DNA of 64,000 nt, taken from the NCBI RefSeq assembly GCF_026571515.1, contig NW_026861391.1, forward strand, positions 434,001 to 498,000, given 5' to 3'. This document shows, piece after piece, positions 29,214 through 42,533 of the stretch; position 1 is the stretch's first letter, and the number at the start of each line of letters is the position of its first letter. The stretch is from Ruditapes philippinarum (lineage: Eukaryota). Both the position numbers and the translations under genes were made by a program. Under the pieces are notes generated by a model, which was not told where the DNA came from, searched no databases, and worked only from the letters and a program-made list of their open reading frames with translations.

Positions 29214-31278
29214 AACAAGATTGCATTTGAGAAAAATGCTATGCCACCGCATTAATACAACACTAAATAGTAGTGTAGGAACAGATATTTTTTGTTTCTA
29301 TACAATTGAAGATTGTCATAATGCATAGATCCCTGACCTATCTAATTCTTATCATCAGATTAGTGGTTGAATCTATTGTTAATCCAATAAAAGATCAGAG
29401 TAGGAATATATCAATGCACTTGAATCTGGTGAATTTGGTGGTGAAGGTCATATTTTCACACAGCCTAAATTTCATGACTACATCAAAGGACAACACAGTA
29501 AGACACTTTGTTAAAATCTAAATCCAGCTAATATCAAAGTTCACTTTACATCTTAATCTGTGCACATGGTTCAAATTTCATAGCTGTACATCAAAGGACA
29601 AGAAAGTAGGTCACATCATCAAAATCTAGATCACCTGATATCAAAGTTCAATTTTACAACTTAAACTGTGCACATGGTCAAAATTTCATTGCTGTACATC
29701 AAAGGATAAGAAAGTAGGTCACTTTCCCCTTGGGCAAGGCAAAATTTTGACCCAAGGGTTTAATTCAAAACAATCTTGATACAGGTCCACCAAACAACAT
29801 TTCAAGTCAAATATCTAAGCTGTAGCTTTCTCCCATTCAGAAAACATTTGTTTTATTTTCTGTTTTTACTATGTGTACATAATGAGAATCACTGCCCCCG
29901 GGCAGGGCCAATTTTGACACCAAGGGAAAAATTTGAACAACTTTGGTAGAGGACCTATAGATGATATTATATAGCAAAGATCAAAGCTCTATGCCTTGTT
30001 CCTTCAGACAAAAATATTTTTTTTTTTTTTACTATATGTACATAATGAAAATCAATGACCCCCGGGGTGGAACCAATTTTGACCCAAGGGCTATAATTTG
30101 AACAATCTTGGTAGAGGTTCACTTCGCAAAGTCTAATTCCATATATTTAACCTCTAGCCTTTGTCAATTCAGAGAAGAAGTTTTTCAAGTGTTTACTTTA
30201 TACATATAAGGAAAACTATCGCCTCTGGGGCAGGGCAATTTTAACACTAGGGGCATAATTAAAACAACTTTAGTAGAGGACCCATGATATAACATACCAA
30301 ATATAAAATCTCTAAGCCTTGTACCTTCAGACAATAAGTTTGTTTTTTTTACTATATGTACATAGTGAAAATCAATGACCCCTGGGGGTGGGGCCAATTT
30401 TTACCCCAGGGCTATAATTTGTACAATCTTGCTAGAGGTTCACTACACAATGTTTCATGCAAAATATCTAACCTCTAGCATTTGTCAATTGCTAGAATTT
30501 TTTTAAAGTTTTAACTACAAGTTTTTACTATATACATATAAGGAAAACCAATGACCCCCGGGGCGGGGCCGATTTTGACCCCAGGGCTATCATTTGAACA
30601 ATCTGGGTAGAAGTCTACCAGACAATGCCTTATGCAAAATATCTAAGCTCTAGGCCTTTTGGGTCTTTACAAGAAGGTATTTTAAGTTTTTACTATATGT
30701 ACATATAGTGAAAATCAATGACCCCCGGGGTGGGGCCGATTTTGACCCCAGGGCTATCATTTGAACAATCTTGGTAAGGGTCTACAAGACAATGCCTTAT
30801 GCAAAATATCAAAGCTCTAGGACTTTTGGGTCTTTACAAGAAGGTATTTTAAGTTTTTACTATATGTACATATAGTGAAAATCAATGACCCCCGGGGCGG
30901 GGCCGATTTTGACCCCAGGACTATAATTTGAACAATCTTGGTAGAGGTCTACCAGACAATGCTTTATGCAAAATATCTAAGCTCTAGGCCTTTTGGGTCT
31001 TTACAAGAAGATTTTTTTAATTTATTCTTATAATTCCTTTTGGTTGCCATGGCAACCAGATTTCTGCATGGAATGAAATTCTTTGAACAACTTTGGAAGC
31101 CCTTCACCAAAGGATCAATCCTGCCAAGTTTGGTTGAAATTGGACCAGTGGTTTTTCACAAGAAGATTTTTGAAGTTCACTATATAATCTATATAACACA
31201 CACACACACAAACAAACACACACACACAGGTGAATCGCTATATGCCACCGCATCGCAGATGCTGCGGTGGCATAAAAA
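29214..31278 (-). mobile_element. HINE / Helentron-type non-autonomous element carrying a ~167-bp satellite array
   Basis: On the minus strand: 5' subTIR ATGCCACCGCA with adjacent inverted copy, (TG)n microsatellite, about 8 units of ~167 bp (29.73-31.02 kb; GACCCCCGGGGYGGGGCC..TTTGACCCCAGGG, BIV160/Cg170-like), about three ~107-bp units, 3' subTIR TGCGGTGGCAT, hairpin GCATTT-n5-AAATGC and CTTGTT end. Confidence 0.87.
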
Positions 31279-32259
31279 AATTCACTTGGACCTTTTTCGC
31301 CGTAAATGGTCATTTAAAACTTGCCTGATAAATAAGTGACATTCGACCAAATTAACCAGATACTTTCATCTTAAAGGAAAATAATATTAAAGTTTATAAG
31401 ATTCTAGGACTAATTTAAGTTTCTACATATTTATTATTGCATTCTGTTTCTAAAATAATGGCATTTTTTGTCTAATTGTGATCATAAACAAAAGTTTTAG
31501 TTGATTTCCATAAGATAATCGCTAAAACAGATACTGGAAAGGAATTTTGTTCTTCAATTCTAATGTAAAACCAAATAACAACATGGTCAACACATATAAA
31601 CAACTATAATACAATGTAATACACTTAGTGTTAACCATAAGAATGCAATATTTAAATGAATGGTTTAATAAAAGCTATTGAAGACAGTTTACATAAAATG
31701 GACATTTTCAGATTTAGGCACTCGCACTGGACATAAAAGAAGGGCGAAGACTAAGTAATCTAAGATTAGTAATAAAAAAGTTTTGATGATATATTTACAG
31801 AAAATACAGCACACTTGTTACAGTTTACATTCTGCACAATTCATCACCAAAAAGTACATAATTCTTCATAATTTGAAACATAACGATTCTTCAAAATCAA
31901 CAAAGGATGTTGTCAATTATTTCTTGGCAAGACCTGATAGACATCACTTTTACATCTATGCAAATTTTGTACAGGGTGTATAATATTGTCCACAACAAAT
32001 TAGATTTACAAAAAAGTCTGAAACTTGTTGATGAATTATTTGATGATTTATAAATTGCATTAAATTTAAACAAGAAATTGTTTCTTGCAATTTTAAGATG
32101 ACTATTCTGATATCACACTGACTATGATTGTCAAATTTCCAAAATATGTAAATATTGAATAAGTAAAAGTATTGGTAATAGTAGTGGTGCTTGTAGTAAT
32201 GGTAGTTTTGATGTAAGTGGCAATAGCCATGTGAGTTGTGGTAATGATATAAGTCTAAG

Positions 32260-33920
32260 ACTACAATCACTGTCACTTCTACAGTATCAATGACTTACAA
32301 CTCTAAAAGTCACTGCTACAATATCAACAGCTGACAAGTCCACAAGTCCAACTCTACAATCACTGTCACTGCTACAGTTTCAACAGCTAACAATTCCACA
32401 AGTTCAACTCTACAATCACTGCCACTGCTACAGAATCAACATGCAACAATTCCACAAGCCCAACTCTACAATCACAGTCACTGGTACATTATCAACAGCT
32501 AACAATTTCAAAAGTTCAACTCTACAAACACTGTCACTGCTACAGAATCAACATGCAACAATTCCACAAGTCCAACTCTACAATCACTGTCACTGCTACA
32601 TTATCAACAGCTAACAATTTCAAAAGTTCACCTCTACAAACACTGTCACTGCTACAGAATCAACATGCAACAATTCCACAAGTCCAACTCTACAATCACT
32701 GTCACTGCTACATTATCAACAGCTAACAATTTCAAAAGTTCAACTCTACAATCACTGCCACTGCTACAGAATCAACAGTTAACAATTCCACAAGTCCAGC
32801 TCTACAATCACTGTCACTGCTACATTATCAACAGCTAACAATTTCAAAAGTTCAACTCTACAATCACTGCCACTGCTACAGAATCAACAGCTATATATAA
32901 CAATTCCACAAGTTCAACTCTACAATCACTGCCACTGCTACAGAATCAACATGCAACAATTCCACAAGCCCAACTCTACAATCACAGTCACTGCTACATT
33001 ATCAACAGCTAACAATTTCAAAAGTTCAACTCTACAATCACTGTCACTGCTACAGAATCAACATGCAACAATTCCACAAGTCCAACTCTACAATCACTGT
33101 CACTGCTACATTATCAACAGCTAACAATTCCAAAAGTTCAACTCTACAATCACTGCCACTGCTACAGAATCAACAGTTAACAATTCCACAAGTTCAACTC
33201 TACAATCACTGCCACTGCTACAGAATCAACAGTTAACAATTCCACAAGTTCAACTCTACAATCACTGCCACTGCTACAGAATCAACAGTTAACAATTCCA
33301 CAAGTTCAACTCTACAATCACTGCCACTGCTACAGAATCAACAGTTAACAATTCCACAAGTTCAACTCTACAATCACTGCCACTGCTACAGAATCAACAG
33401 TTAACAATTCCACAAGTTCAACTCTACAATCACTGCCACTGCTACAGAATCAACAGTTAACAATTCCACAAGTTCAACTCTACAATCACTGTCACTGGTA
33501 CAGTATCAACATGCTCTTATTCCACAAGTCCAACTCTACAATCACTGCCAGTGCTACAGTATCAACAGCTAACAATGCCTCAAGTCCAACTCTACAATCA
33601 CTGTCACCGCTACAGTATCAACAGCTAACAATTCCACAAGTCTAACTTTACAATCATTGTCACTGCTACAGTATCAACATGCAACTACTCCACAAGTCCA
33701 ACTCTACAATCACTGTCACTGCTACAGTATCTACAGCTAACAATTCTTCAAGTCCAACTCTACAATCAATGTCACTACAACAATTTCAGCTAACAAGTCC
33801 ACAAGTCCAACTCTACAATCACTGTCACAGCTACAGTATCAACAGCTAACAATTCCACAAGTCTAACTCTACAATAACTGTCATTGCTTAAGTATCAACA
33901 GCTAACACAAGTGTAACACT
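32260..33920. repeat. 56-bp minisatellite, about 30 copies
   Basis: Unit AAGTTCAACTCTACAATCACTGCCACTGCTACAGAATCAACAGTTAACAATTCCAC; period 56 measured at 33181/33237/33293. Confidence 0.95.
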
Positions 33921-33936
33921 ACTATTATTATCACTT

Positions 33937-34180
33937 CTGTGGACATCATAGTCAATTGGTTAAGATGGCCAGCTTCAAGACACTTCAACCTCACTACTGT
34001 GGGTTCAATTTACATAAGGAACTTTATATTCTTTCATTTTGAGAAGGTTTACAACTAGGATGGTGGTTCTACTTAGGTGTCCAAAATGTGCCTGAAATAG
34101 TGCATGATGGCCTTCCTTTACCATTTACGCTGGAAAGTTGCCATGTAACCTTTACAGTGTTAGTGACAAAACAAACAATC
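33937..34180 (+). mobile_element. Degenerate tRNA-derived SINE (second family)
   Basis: A/B-box-like ATAGTCAATTGGTTAAG..GGGTTCAAT, body GGTTCTAC..AGGTG..GCTGGAAAGTTGCCAT, (AAAC) tail. A related copy lies on the minus strand at about 53544-53770. Confidence 0.55.
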
Positions 34181-34288
34181 CAAACTATCAATGCTGAAGT
34201 ATTCACAGCTAACATTTCCACTAGTCTCTCAATACTATCAATATACATGTAACTGCTATAGTATCAACAGCAAACTACATGAAATCTA

Positions 34289-34501
34289 TACCGCCTCGAG
34301 TCTAGGGGTTAGAGTCGATGACTTCTAATCCAGTTACTAGTACCTCTCTGGCGTGGGTTCGATTCCCGGGTAGTTTAGCGCGGAGGAAGGTAGTCTAGTA
34401 CTGGTGTAACTCTCCAGGAACGATGGTTAGAAAACTACCCGCCTATTTGACTGAAATACTGTTGGGAAAGGCGTTTTAAAATGAAACAAACAAACAAACA
34501 A
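34289..34501 (+). mobile_element. tRNA-derived SINE with (AAAC)n tail (same family as 6688-6908)
   Basis: GGTTCGATTCCC B-box, ACTGAAATACTGTTGGGAAAGGCG tail, 12-bp TSD ACATGAAATCTA (34277-88 and 34502-13). Confidence 0.88.
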
Positions 34502-35738
34502 ACATGAAATCTACTTCTTTGGTTTCACTTTAATACTGACATTTGTATCACTATCACAGCTTTTGTACTACAATCACTAAAATATCAATAATTACCACTA
34601 CAATCACTAGTTGCTGCTACAGTATCTTCAGCTAATAGTCAACCACATAGCTTCCTATACTTAGCTACAGACTATCTTCAGTTTACTATCACATAGTAGT
34701 AGTATTAACTGAAGATTATGTAGCAATGATAGTGAAAGTGACTACTAAGACTACTATTTACCCATTCCTGAAATTTCATCTATCATGGGGGGTGCCAGAT
34801 AAGTCACATGCTATACAATGGCATTCTTAGGATGATATGGACTTTGCCGAAAGGAATGAAGTTGTAATTTCATACGCAGTTGTAAGAAATTAGTTACGGT
34901 GTAATGACATTAATTTCCGTGGAAAGTTGTTTTATTAAGATAAAGTATTTAAAATATGATTGAAATATGGTAGATTATGCAAGAAAAAAATAACTGACAC
35001 ATGTTTAGTTGAAGGATCAGAATATCTGTCCTTCGGGAATATACCCATGGGCAGGTCCTGTAGGACGAATATTCCAATCTGAACCGCAAAATATGACAGA
35101 TATTATAATTCTGTCATCACAAACATTACCATTACTAGTACAGCTACTTTCACAATGACTGCTATAGTGGTATACAGTTATCTCTAGTTACACTAAATTC
35201 ATACCACACAAATCCCTGCAATAGTTATAACAGCTTTAAGCTGCAGCTTAAGTACAAAATATAAAGACTTTAGTGGCAGTTACATCTATAACAAACCATT
35301 TTCAACTCTGTTGATGAGGATGATGCTTAATGACAGTGATAAAATAAAATATGATAATCATCTGACAAAATGAACTAAAGAATGTGATATGCATCTTATT
35401 GTGAGCTGTCAAGAAACAACACCCTGTATCACATGTTTGACACAAACGGTTATGCCAGTTTTGGAGGGCCCCTGGTTTACATTTTGCTTTCTGAACAAGC
35501 ATTTCCTGTGGCATTTCATAAAAAAGCACTAGATTTAGTACTTAAATTTTCTTTTAACTGGACCATCATTATAAGAATTCATCGAAAGGTTCCAACTTTT
35601 TTATTTCTATTACTTATTTAAATAAAATATCACTAAAATATAGGATCCTTTGTGCACAATTTTCATGCCTGAAAAGCTGTCCTATTAATGTTGAATATTA
35701 TCAATATAATATAATACAATACAGTTTATTTGCTTTAA

Positions 35739-36048
35739 AGGCACATTATGCCTCAGAAAGCATCTTTAGAAAGGTCAAATGATAGAAATAATGGTTTTAG
35801 AGAATTTTAGAAGATGTAGCCTGAAGAAAGTAGTGATAAACCTGAAATAATTTGTTATAAAAGTATAAACAAAGTTTGACTTCCATACAAATTCATTTGT
35901 GAACGCTGCATGTACCTTATAATTGCCCCCAAAATCAACAGATGAAAAAGATGGTTCGGCCAATGAGTAATGGTTTGGATCCTATAAAGTACATCAAAAT
36001 TAAAAGCTTTTGAGAAATAAAAATAAAAGCATTTCTGAGGCTTTAATG
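35739..36048. mobile_element. Kolobok-like MITE, second copy
   Basis: TTAA|AGGCACATTATGCCTCAG start and internal similarity to 28256-28593; right end degenerate. Confidence 0.6.
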
Positions 36049-36208
36049 TTGATAACATAAAATAAGCAAACAATGTTTTCAAAATAGAAATTTCAGAAAT
36101 CATTTTTTCATGGGCACTTACTTTACATAATATTTCTTCTTCTGAACCAAAACCAAAATGATTTGTTATTGTACCATTATACATATAAAATGTGTAAGAT
36201 GCACATTA

Positions 36209-36964
36209 AGCTACAGTCTGCACTTACATCCCGGCAGAGCCCCGATATGTTCGAGGTGATCCGGGAACGACCGGGTAACTACTGCCCGGCAACATCTGGG
36301 ATGATCCGGGAACATCCCGGCAATCCGACCCCGGATGGGAGTGAAATATTTATTAATGACCCGGTGGTCCGGGATGATCTAGAAGAATAGCCTTTGCCGG
36401 CTTCATCCTTAGCTCTGCCAGAACGACCAGGGTTATATCGGGAAGCCACTGTTAGTATAAGCTGTTAGTATAAAGCTCTGCCGGCCACAAAACCGGGATG
36501 ATCCGGGTTATGATATTGCTACGGTAGAGCCCCTGGTATATGCCGGCATTAGCCCCGGTAACTTCAGGCAGAGCCCCGGAGATAAAGGTAAAGCTACGGT
36601 TGATCCCGGTAGAGCCCCGGCAAAGGCCCGAGATCATTTCGAAAAGAATAACAACAATTGGGATAATTGCACTTGTTTGTATTAAAACCCTTCCCATTTC
36701 CCTTGCTATCAGGTATGGCATAAGGATTTCAGAAAATCATTTATGAATTACTATTCTGGAACAATAAATATTTATATTAAATAAAAAATTTAATAATGTA
36801 TCAATGTTATCTTTTCGGGCGTTTTTCAATCCACCGGGGTTCTACCGGGGCTGCTGCCTGGATCGTCCTGGGCTCTGCCGGGGCTCATGGATGATCCTGT
36901 GCACATCCTGGGTGGTTAGTTGGGGAACTACTGTAGTGCTGCGGGAGTAAGTGAGACCGCAGCT
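36209..36964. mobile_element. PIF/Harbinger-like MITE, GC-rich with CCCGG repeats
   Basis: Imperfect TIRs AGCTACAGTCTGCACTTACATCCCG / CGGGAGTAAGTGAGACCGCAGCT with 3-bp TSD TTA (36206-08 and 36965-67). Confidence 0.75.
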
Positions 36965-38882
36965 TTATGAAGTTGACTAAAGGCTGATTTCCTTTTACAA
37001 TTAGTACTGATTGTTTAAAAGCAAATCTGCAGTAATTCATAATATGTTGCTGATAAAAATGTAAGGATGTGCCTAAGAAGGCTAGGATGCTATAGTATGT
37101 GCACGCCCTTACATTACTTCTGTGTTTATTCGGGACTAACTGTGCCATGAGATAGAATTAAAGAATGCTTCTGTTGATTATAGAGTGTGTATTTTGGCGG
37201 TTACCAATCTAAGTTCAGGATCATGAAACTATTATTAATCATTATGCACTGTTCAGTTATAAAAGTAAAATAAATGATAATCATAAACATTGTCACTGAT
37301 TTTAAATACGAATGTAAAATTAACAATTTTTCTAGTATGATCGTTTTTAGTCTCTCAATCTTGTATTTTGTTAAAAAACCAAAATGTTCTATTATATGTG
37401 GTATATAAACAAACATCCTTCTGGTAATCTTGCATTGCTACTTGTTTACATATGGTTACTTGAAATCTGCCCCTAATTACACTAAGGATCTGACAGGCAC
37501 GTACTAACAGGAGAGTCCCGGTCAGTCTCGTAAACCTTTAAACTGCCAATCATTGGTAAGCTTTCATAATTTTGAAAGTGAAGCAGTTTCTTAATTTAAT
37601 CGCTTGAAAACCAATATAGAGTAGGTTACAGTTTTGATTCAATCATTTTGTTTTTTTCCAACAAAAATTAACAATTTGTTATTTCGTAAAAAAATGAACA
37701 ATTTGTTTTATTTTCATTTAAAGCAAATAAACTGTAAAGACAGAGATACTTTGTCTAATACTATCTGTAAAGAATGTTTTTGATTGCATGGCTAAATAAG
37801 CATTCCCCGGAAAATACAAATCAAAATGAAGGTAAAACAAATACGTGGCAATCAGATCTGCATTGCAAGTTCATCTGAATCTTTAACTATAGGGTACATT
37901 GTATATGCAGTTACAGTGAATTTGTTTGGAAGTCAAACTACTACTTTGTTTAACATTTTTCTACTTTTATTAGCTCGACTATGCAATATGGTTTTGGACA
38001 ATATATCAATTATTTGATAGAACCATCTTATACATTTTAAAATACTGCTTAAACTGACTTTAGAATAACTTAAAAAAAGTCACATTATGAAGGGTTATTC
38101 TTTTCAAAAAGTAATGAACATTGACTTTATAACATGAAATAACAATCATATCATTCATGTTTTTAATATTTTTGTCAATAGGCAAACATTTTTTCACTTA
38201 GACTTTTTTCGCATTCAGTTACTATAGTATACACAGTTTCAGCACTGAATACGAAAAAAGTCTAAGTGAAAAAAAATACATGAAAATATGCAAAAATGAT
38301 ATTATCTTACTTATCAGTACTACTTTTATCAACAGTTATCATTATAAAACATACTTTAAAACTGAAAATGAAATACTGCTTATAATTTTTGTCACTTAGA
38401 CCATCACATTTTTTTATAAAATGATTTGCGAAAAAGTCTAAGTGACAAGGTTCACTTAGACCTTTTTCGCATTGACTGTTTTTCATATTTCACTTAGTCT
38501 TTTTTCGTATTTTTTAAATATATATAAAAATGAATGTGTTGTGTTCAAGATTTTTTCACAGAAGATGTATATACAGATTTCAAACACATTTATATAAAAA
38601 AGTGATTTTCTGAAAAAATGTCACTTAGACCTCTTTCGCTTTCACCCCTCGATATGTTAACATTAATTTAACATGTTTTTATACTGTTTGTATAACACGC
38701 CACGTCAAAATAATTGCACGACTGCGCCAAACCGTTTACAAAATCGGAAAAGCGACATGGGTATGTGATAAAAGATTCTATGATATTCTAAAAGAAATGT
38801 ATATCCTTATTCAGATTCAGACAAACTCGAAAACTTTTATAATAAAGCCAGATATGTGCGCGTATTCTTGCGACATTTTAAT

Positions 38883-39036
38883 TAACAAATAAAACATGGC
38901 CTTGAGGGCAAAATGTAAGTTTACGGACTGGTTGGTCAGGCTGAGGAAGGTTTATGGTCCGAATCGCAGCTGAGAAGGTCTGACCAACCAGTCCGTAAAC
39001 TTGCAGTTTGCCCGAAAGGTCATGTTTTATTTGTTA
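38883..39036. mobile_element. Palindromic hairpin MITE-like element
   Basis: TAACAAATAAAACATG..AAGTTTACGGACTGGTTGGTCAG pairs with CTGACCAACCAGTCCGTAAACTT..CATGTTTTATTTGTTA. Confidence 0.7.
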
Positions 39037-41331
39037 TATTATACCGAATCTAAATCATTTCATCCCTTTTTCTGCTAGATATGTTCGAAAGAGCTTCAGT
39101 GAGTGTGTTGTCGCGGGTTTGGTGTTTTTTAGAATCCTTAGATTCGCTGTGTTTCCCTAAATCTGTCTCCGATAAGGGCGGATCGCTTAGCCATTTTGAC
39201 AGTTCGACAATATCGTATGTTTGTGATGAAATTCGCGCGTCTTGAAAAAAAATCTGGAAACAAAGTGATCCCTAGGAAGCATTAATTACAGCACAATTAC
39301 GTGAAAATTTGCAGAATCGGTTTGATTGAGTCTGTATATGAGGTAGATGACATTCATCTAGAGAAAATAATTCTGTTTTAGAACTGTATAAAAATTGTAA
39401 AAAAATATTTTCATACGAAAACTACCTTAACATATTGCCTAAGAATCTTAGATTTTACATCACAAGAATTAGAATGTCTGCACATACACTAAGAGTACAA
39501 ACGGGTAGATATGGGCAAAATAGAATACCAAGGAGTGAAAGATATGTTTATTTTGTAATACAATGGATTTGGAAGATGAATACCATTTTGTTTTGATATG
39601 CCCATGCTATGTAGACATAAGGGAATAATATGTGAAACAATATTATTACAAAAGACCATCAATGTGTAAATTTATTGAGCTTATTTCTTCCAATAATAAA
39701 ATAATATTTACGAATCTAGCTAAATATCTGAGAAAATCGATTAAAATCAGGAACTCTTCTGTTAGTACTAACACCTAAATTTTATATTTGGTACAAATTT
39801 ATAAATTCAAAATTCAAATTGATACTCTGCTTAGGACATTACATTACAAGTGATATATAATATTCGCTTAATCCATAATTGTTCATTCTCCAGCTTTACA
39901 TGGAATTCAATACTCGTATATATTAAATTTATTGTTTGTTAAATAGAAACGTGACATATTTACAATTTGTGTATTTATATTGCAGTGATGTACTATGTAC
40001 AAATCCAAAAAAAAATGAGGTAAAATGAATAAGTGCAACAATCCTCATGCCCCCTAGCACCGGCTTGAGCGGTTATCAATTCTCAACACTGAATAGTGTT
40101 GGAATCAATGATCCCGAAGGACCAGAAAGATGAGGAATAATATCATCATTTAAAAACAGAGTACAGTAACCAGATTTTTTAAAAGCAGTCCTGTTTATTT
40201 GACAGGATCAACAAGGAAAGGTGGCATTAAGCAAGTCAGTTTAATGAATATAGTATCTATGTAAGTGCACTATACTGTGCAATTAATGAATGTATTATAC
40301 AACAGCATTAGATGCAAACCCTCCTAAAAGTATTAAATCGGCATCAAAACATAGCGCTTGAAATATTCCTACACTGGCAAAAGTTTTTAGCAGATTTTTT
40401 TTAAATCTTCATAATTATCAAATAAACTCCGTAACATTTGAAAAATCCAAACTTAAAATCATTAACGAAAGCTTAACATTTTGAATTGCCCACTCAAATA
40501 ATGCTTATGTATGCTTGAACATTATGTGAGCATGTATCAATCTGTTATGACAACAAGCATTCAAAATGTCTTGAGATTAAAGACGTTTTTGTCACACGCA
40601 AAATAAGCATACTTTGTTTCATTAAATATTGACACCATATTTCCTCTTTTCCACAGGTAACTATTTTAAGCCTTTTTATTGGTAATACCTCAATAGAGCA
40701 CCGTAAATACGACAGAAAATAAATGTAAATTCACCAGAATAAGTCTGACTTTCGTTTAACAGTTCTTACTCCGAGTGTCTAAAGTTTGTTCTTTGATCTC
40801 GGTTAGGTACAAATTATTTACGCCAATATGAAGGCAAAGAAAGGAACCAATTAACAACTTACAAATTTTATTCGTCGATGAATACCTCTTTATAATCTTT
40901 GTATTTTGTAAATCTTTTTAATGTAGGTCAAGTGATTGACAATGCTTAACTTTATTCTAATGTAATCCCCATTACTATAATTTACCTCAATTATTTAACA
41001 AGAAAGAAACTATTCATGATAATTTAATGCGATTACTGGATTTTGAGGGATTTTTTATGAAGTATAAATTAGTACATAGGAACGTCTTATACGTTATAGT
41101 AAATTCTATTCAATACATTGAGCTCAAAGACCTATTTAGTAGCACCTATTCATGGTTATACTGTCAGGAATTTTGGCGTTCAAATTCACGACGGAAGAAA
41201 GCGAACGACCAATGACTTCCTATGTTTCGTCGGTCTACTAGTATATAAACAGTAGACATTGTCAACATGCTTCATTTAAATCTTGTGGCAAAGTCACTGT
41301 TACTTATCACATTATATAGAAGAATATCATA

Positions 41332-42533
41332 ATGAAGTATAGAATCTACGTCGTGATTCTGTGTTTGGTGAGAGATTTGTATATGCCTATGCGTAAAATT
41401 TACAATTGTAGAAAATAAATTATAGGTTTTTATTACTTTTTATTACTGTCTGTCTGTGGGACAATATTATTGTATACAAGGTGATAACGAAACTTTTTAC
41501 TATTATTTTTTTACTTTTACGATATTTTCATTCAAGCAATACGTATGTACGTAATAGCATTATTTTCATTCGGATTTGAAATAATTGTTTTATATAGAGT
41601 AATACTTTGACTAACATGTGAGGTTTCTGTAAAATACAGTAGATGTATCTTGATTTCAAATAGACGGATTCATAGATTATTTCTTGTCCGAGGAGTTTCA
41701 CATAATAAAATGTACGTTTGCTCCTCGGCATTTATATTTTAACAGAAATTGATGAAAATTGACAGTCTAATACTTTTAAGTCACAAAAAATAACCAAGTT
41801 TTCAAATAACAACATAAGTCCAACCACTTTTGAGACACCCCCGAATACTGAGTATCAATGTAAATAATATTGAAATATTAAGAGTCTCATTTAGCGATGC
41901 AGTTTTAAAGAAATTTACTTATACTTAATGTTTAAAATTCAAAGAAATAAATCGTTTTTTATTCAGGTATACCACCTTATACATACAAATGGATCATATA
42001 TTCCAACCGGATCTGGGAAAAACACGTGCAAAGAAAATGTAGATGCGTTAGAAGATGTCATTAGTGCACTTTCAAATTTTTACACTGTGTCAAGTTTTAA
42101 TACAACGATGTATGCACCACCAAAGGATTTTGTACGAGTTGATGAGCAGGAGTATTCTAATATTCGCAAGTATTGTACTAACTTCAAAACAAAATTTCAA
42201 AACATTTTGGATTTCAAATTTCAAGGATCTTCAGTAAAATCTTCCACCAGCCATTTGGCAACGTGTCCGTGGGTGTTTGTAGACAATTATGATGAAGACA
42301 GACTTCCCAAACTCATTTATGAGGCAAAATGTGTATGTAGCCGTTGTCTACATAAAACAAATGGACATAAAGATGTACAGCTCGTGCCTGGCCTGGGACG
42401 CTGTAAACCGGTTATGACGTCAGTGATGACAGTCAGACGACAATGTAGGCACAATTCGGACGTGTATGAATATGTAGCGAAAGCTGAACGAATATCAGTC
42501 GGATGCACGTGCACAAGTCCAGTTTTCGTTTAA
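41332..42533 (+). CDS. IL17: Interleukin-17 family cytokine 4 (2 exons: 41332-41367, 41967-42533; about 200 aa)
   Basis: Exon 1 MKYRIYVVILCL|gtgaga, phase 0, joins attcag|GTA TAC (VYHLIHTNG..). Motifs ATCPWVF.D.YDEDRLP..IYEAKCVCSRC...CKPV...C...ISVGCTC. TATATAAA at 41242-41249. Confidence 0.93.

Larger units (their letters stand above)
28831..38651. mobile_element. 9.8-kb non-autonomous TIR DNA transposon (Sola1-like) with multiple nested insertions
   Basis: About 30-bp TIRs CGAGGGGTGAAAGCGAAAGARGTCTAAGTG at both ends, ATAT duplicated (28827-30 and 38652-55; AWWT is the Sola1 target). Subterminal motif CACTTAGACTTTTTTCGCA recurs in both orientations at about 29027, 29080, 31283, 38195, 38251, 38428, 38452 and 38490. 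No transposase ORF. A TA-targeting Tc1/mariner assignment cannot be excluded. Confidence 0.8.

Noticed and set aside
32260-33920. Mucin-like Thr/Ser-rich coding exon (STITATATESTVNNSTSS)
   Set aside because: The 56-bp period is not a multiple of 3; frames shift every unit and contain stops.
36163-36746. GC-rich short ORFs (75, 89 and 68 aa)
   Set aside because: They lie essentially within the Harbinger-like MITE and have no transposase or other domain motifs.
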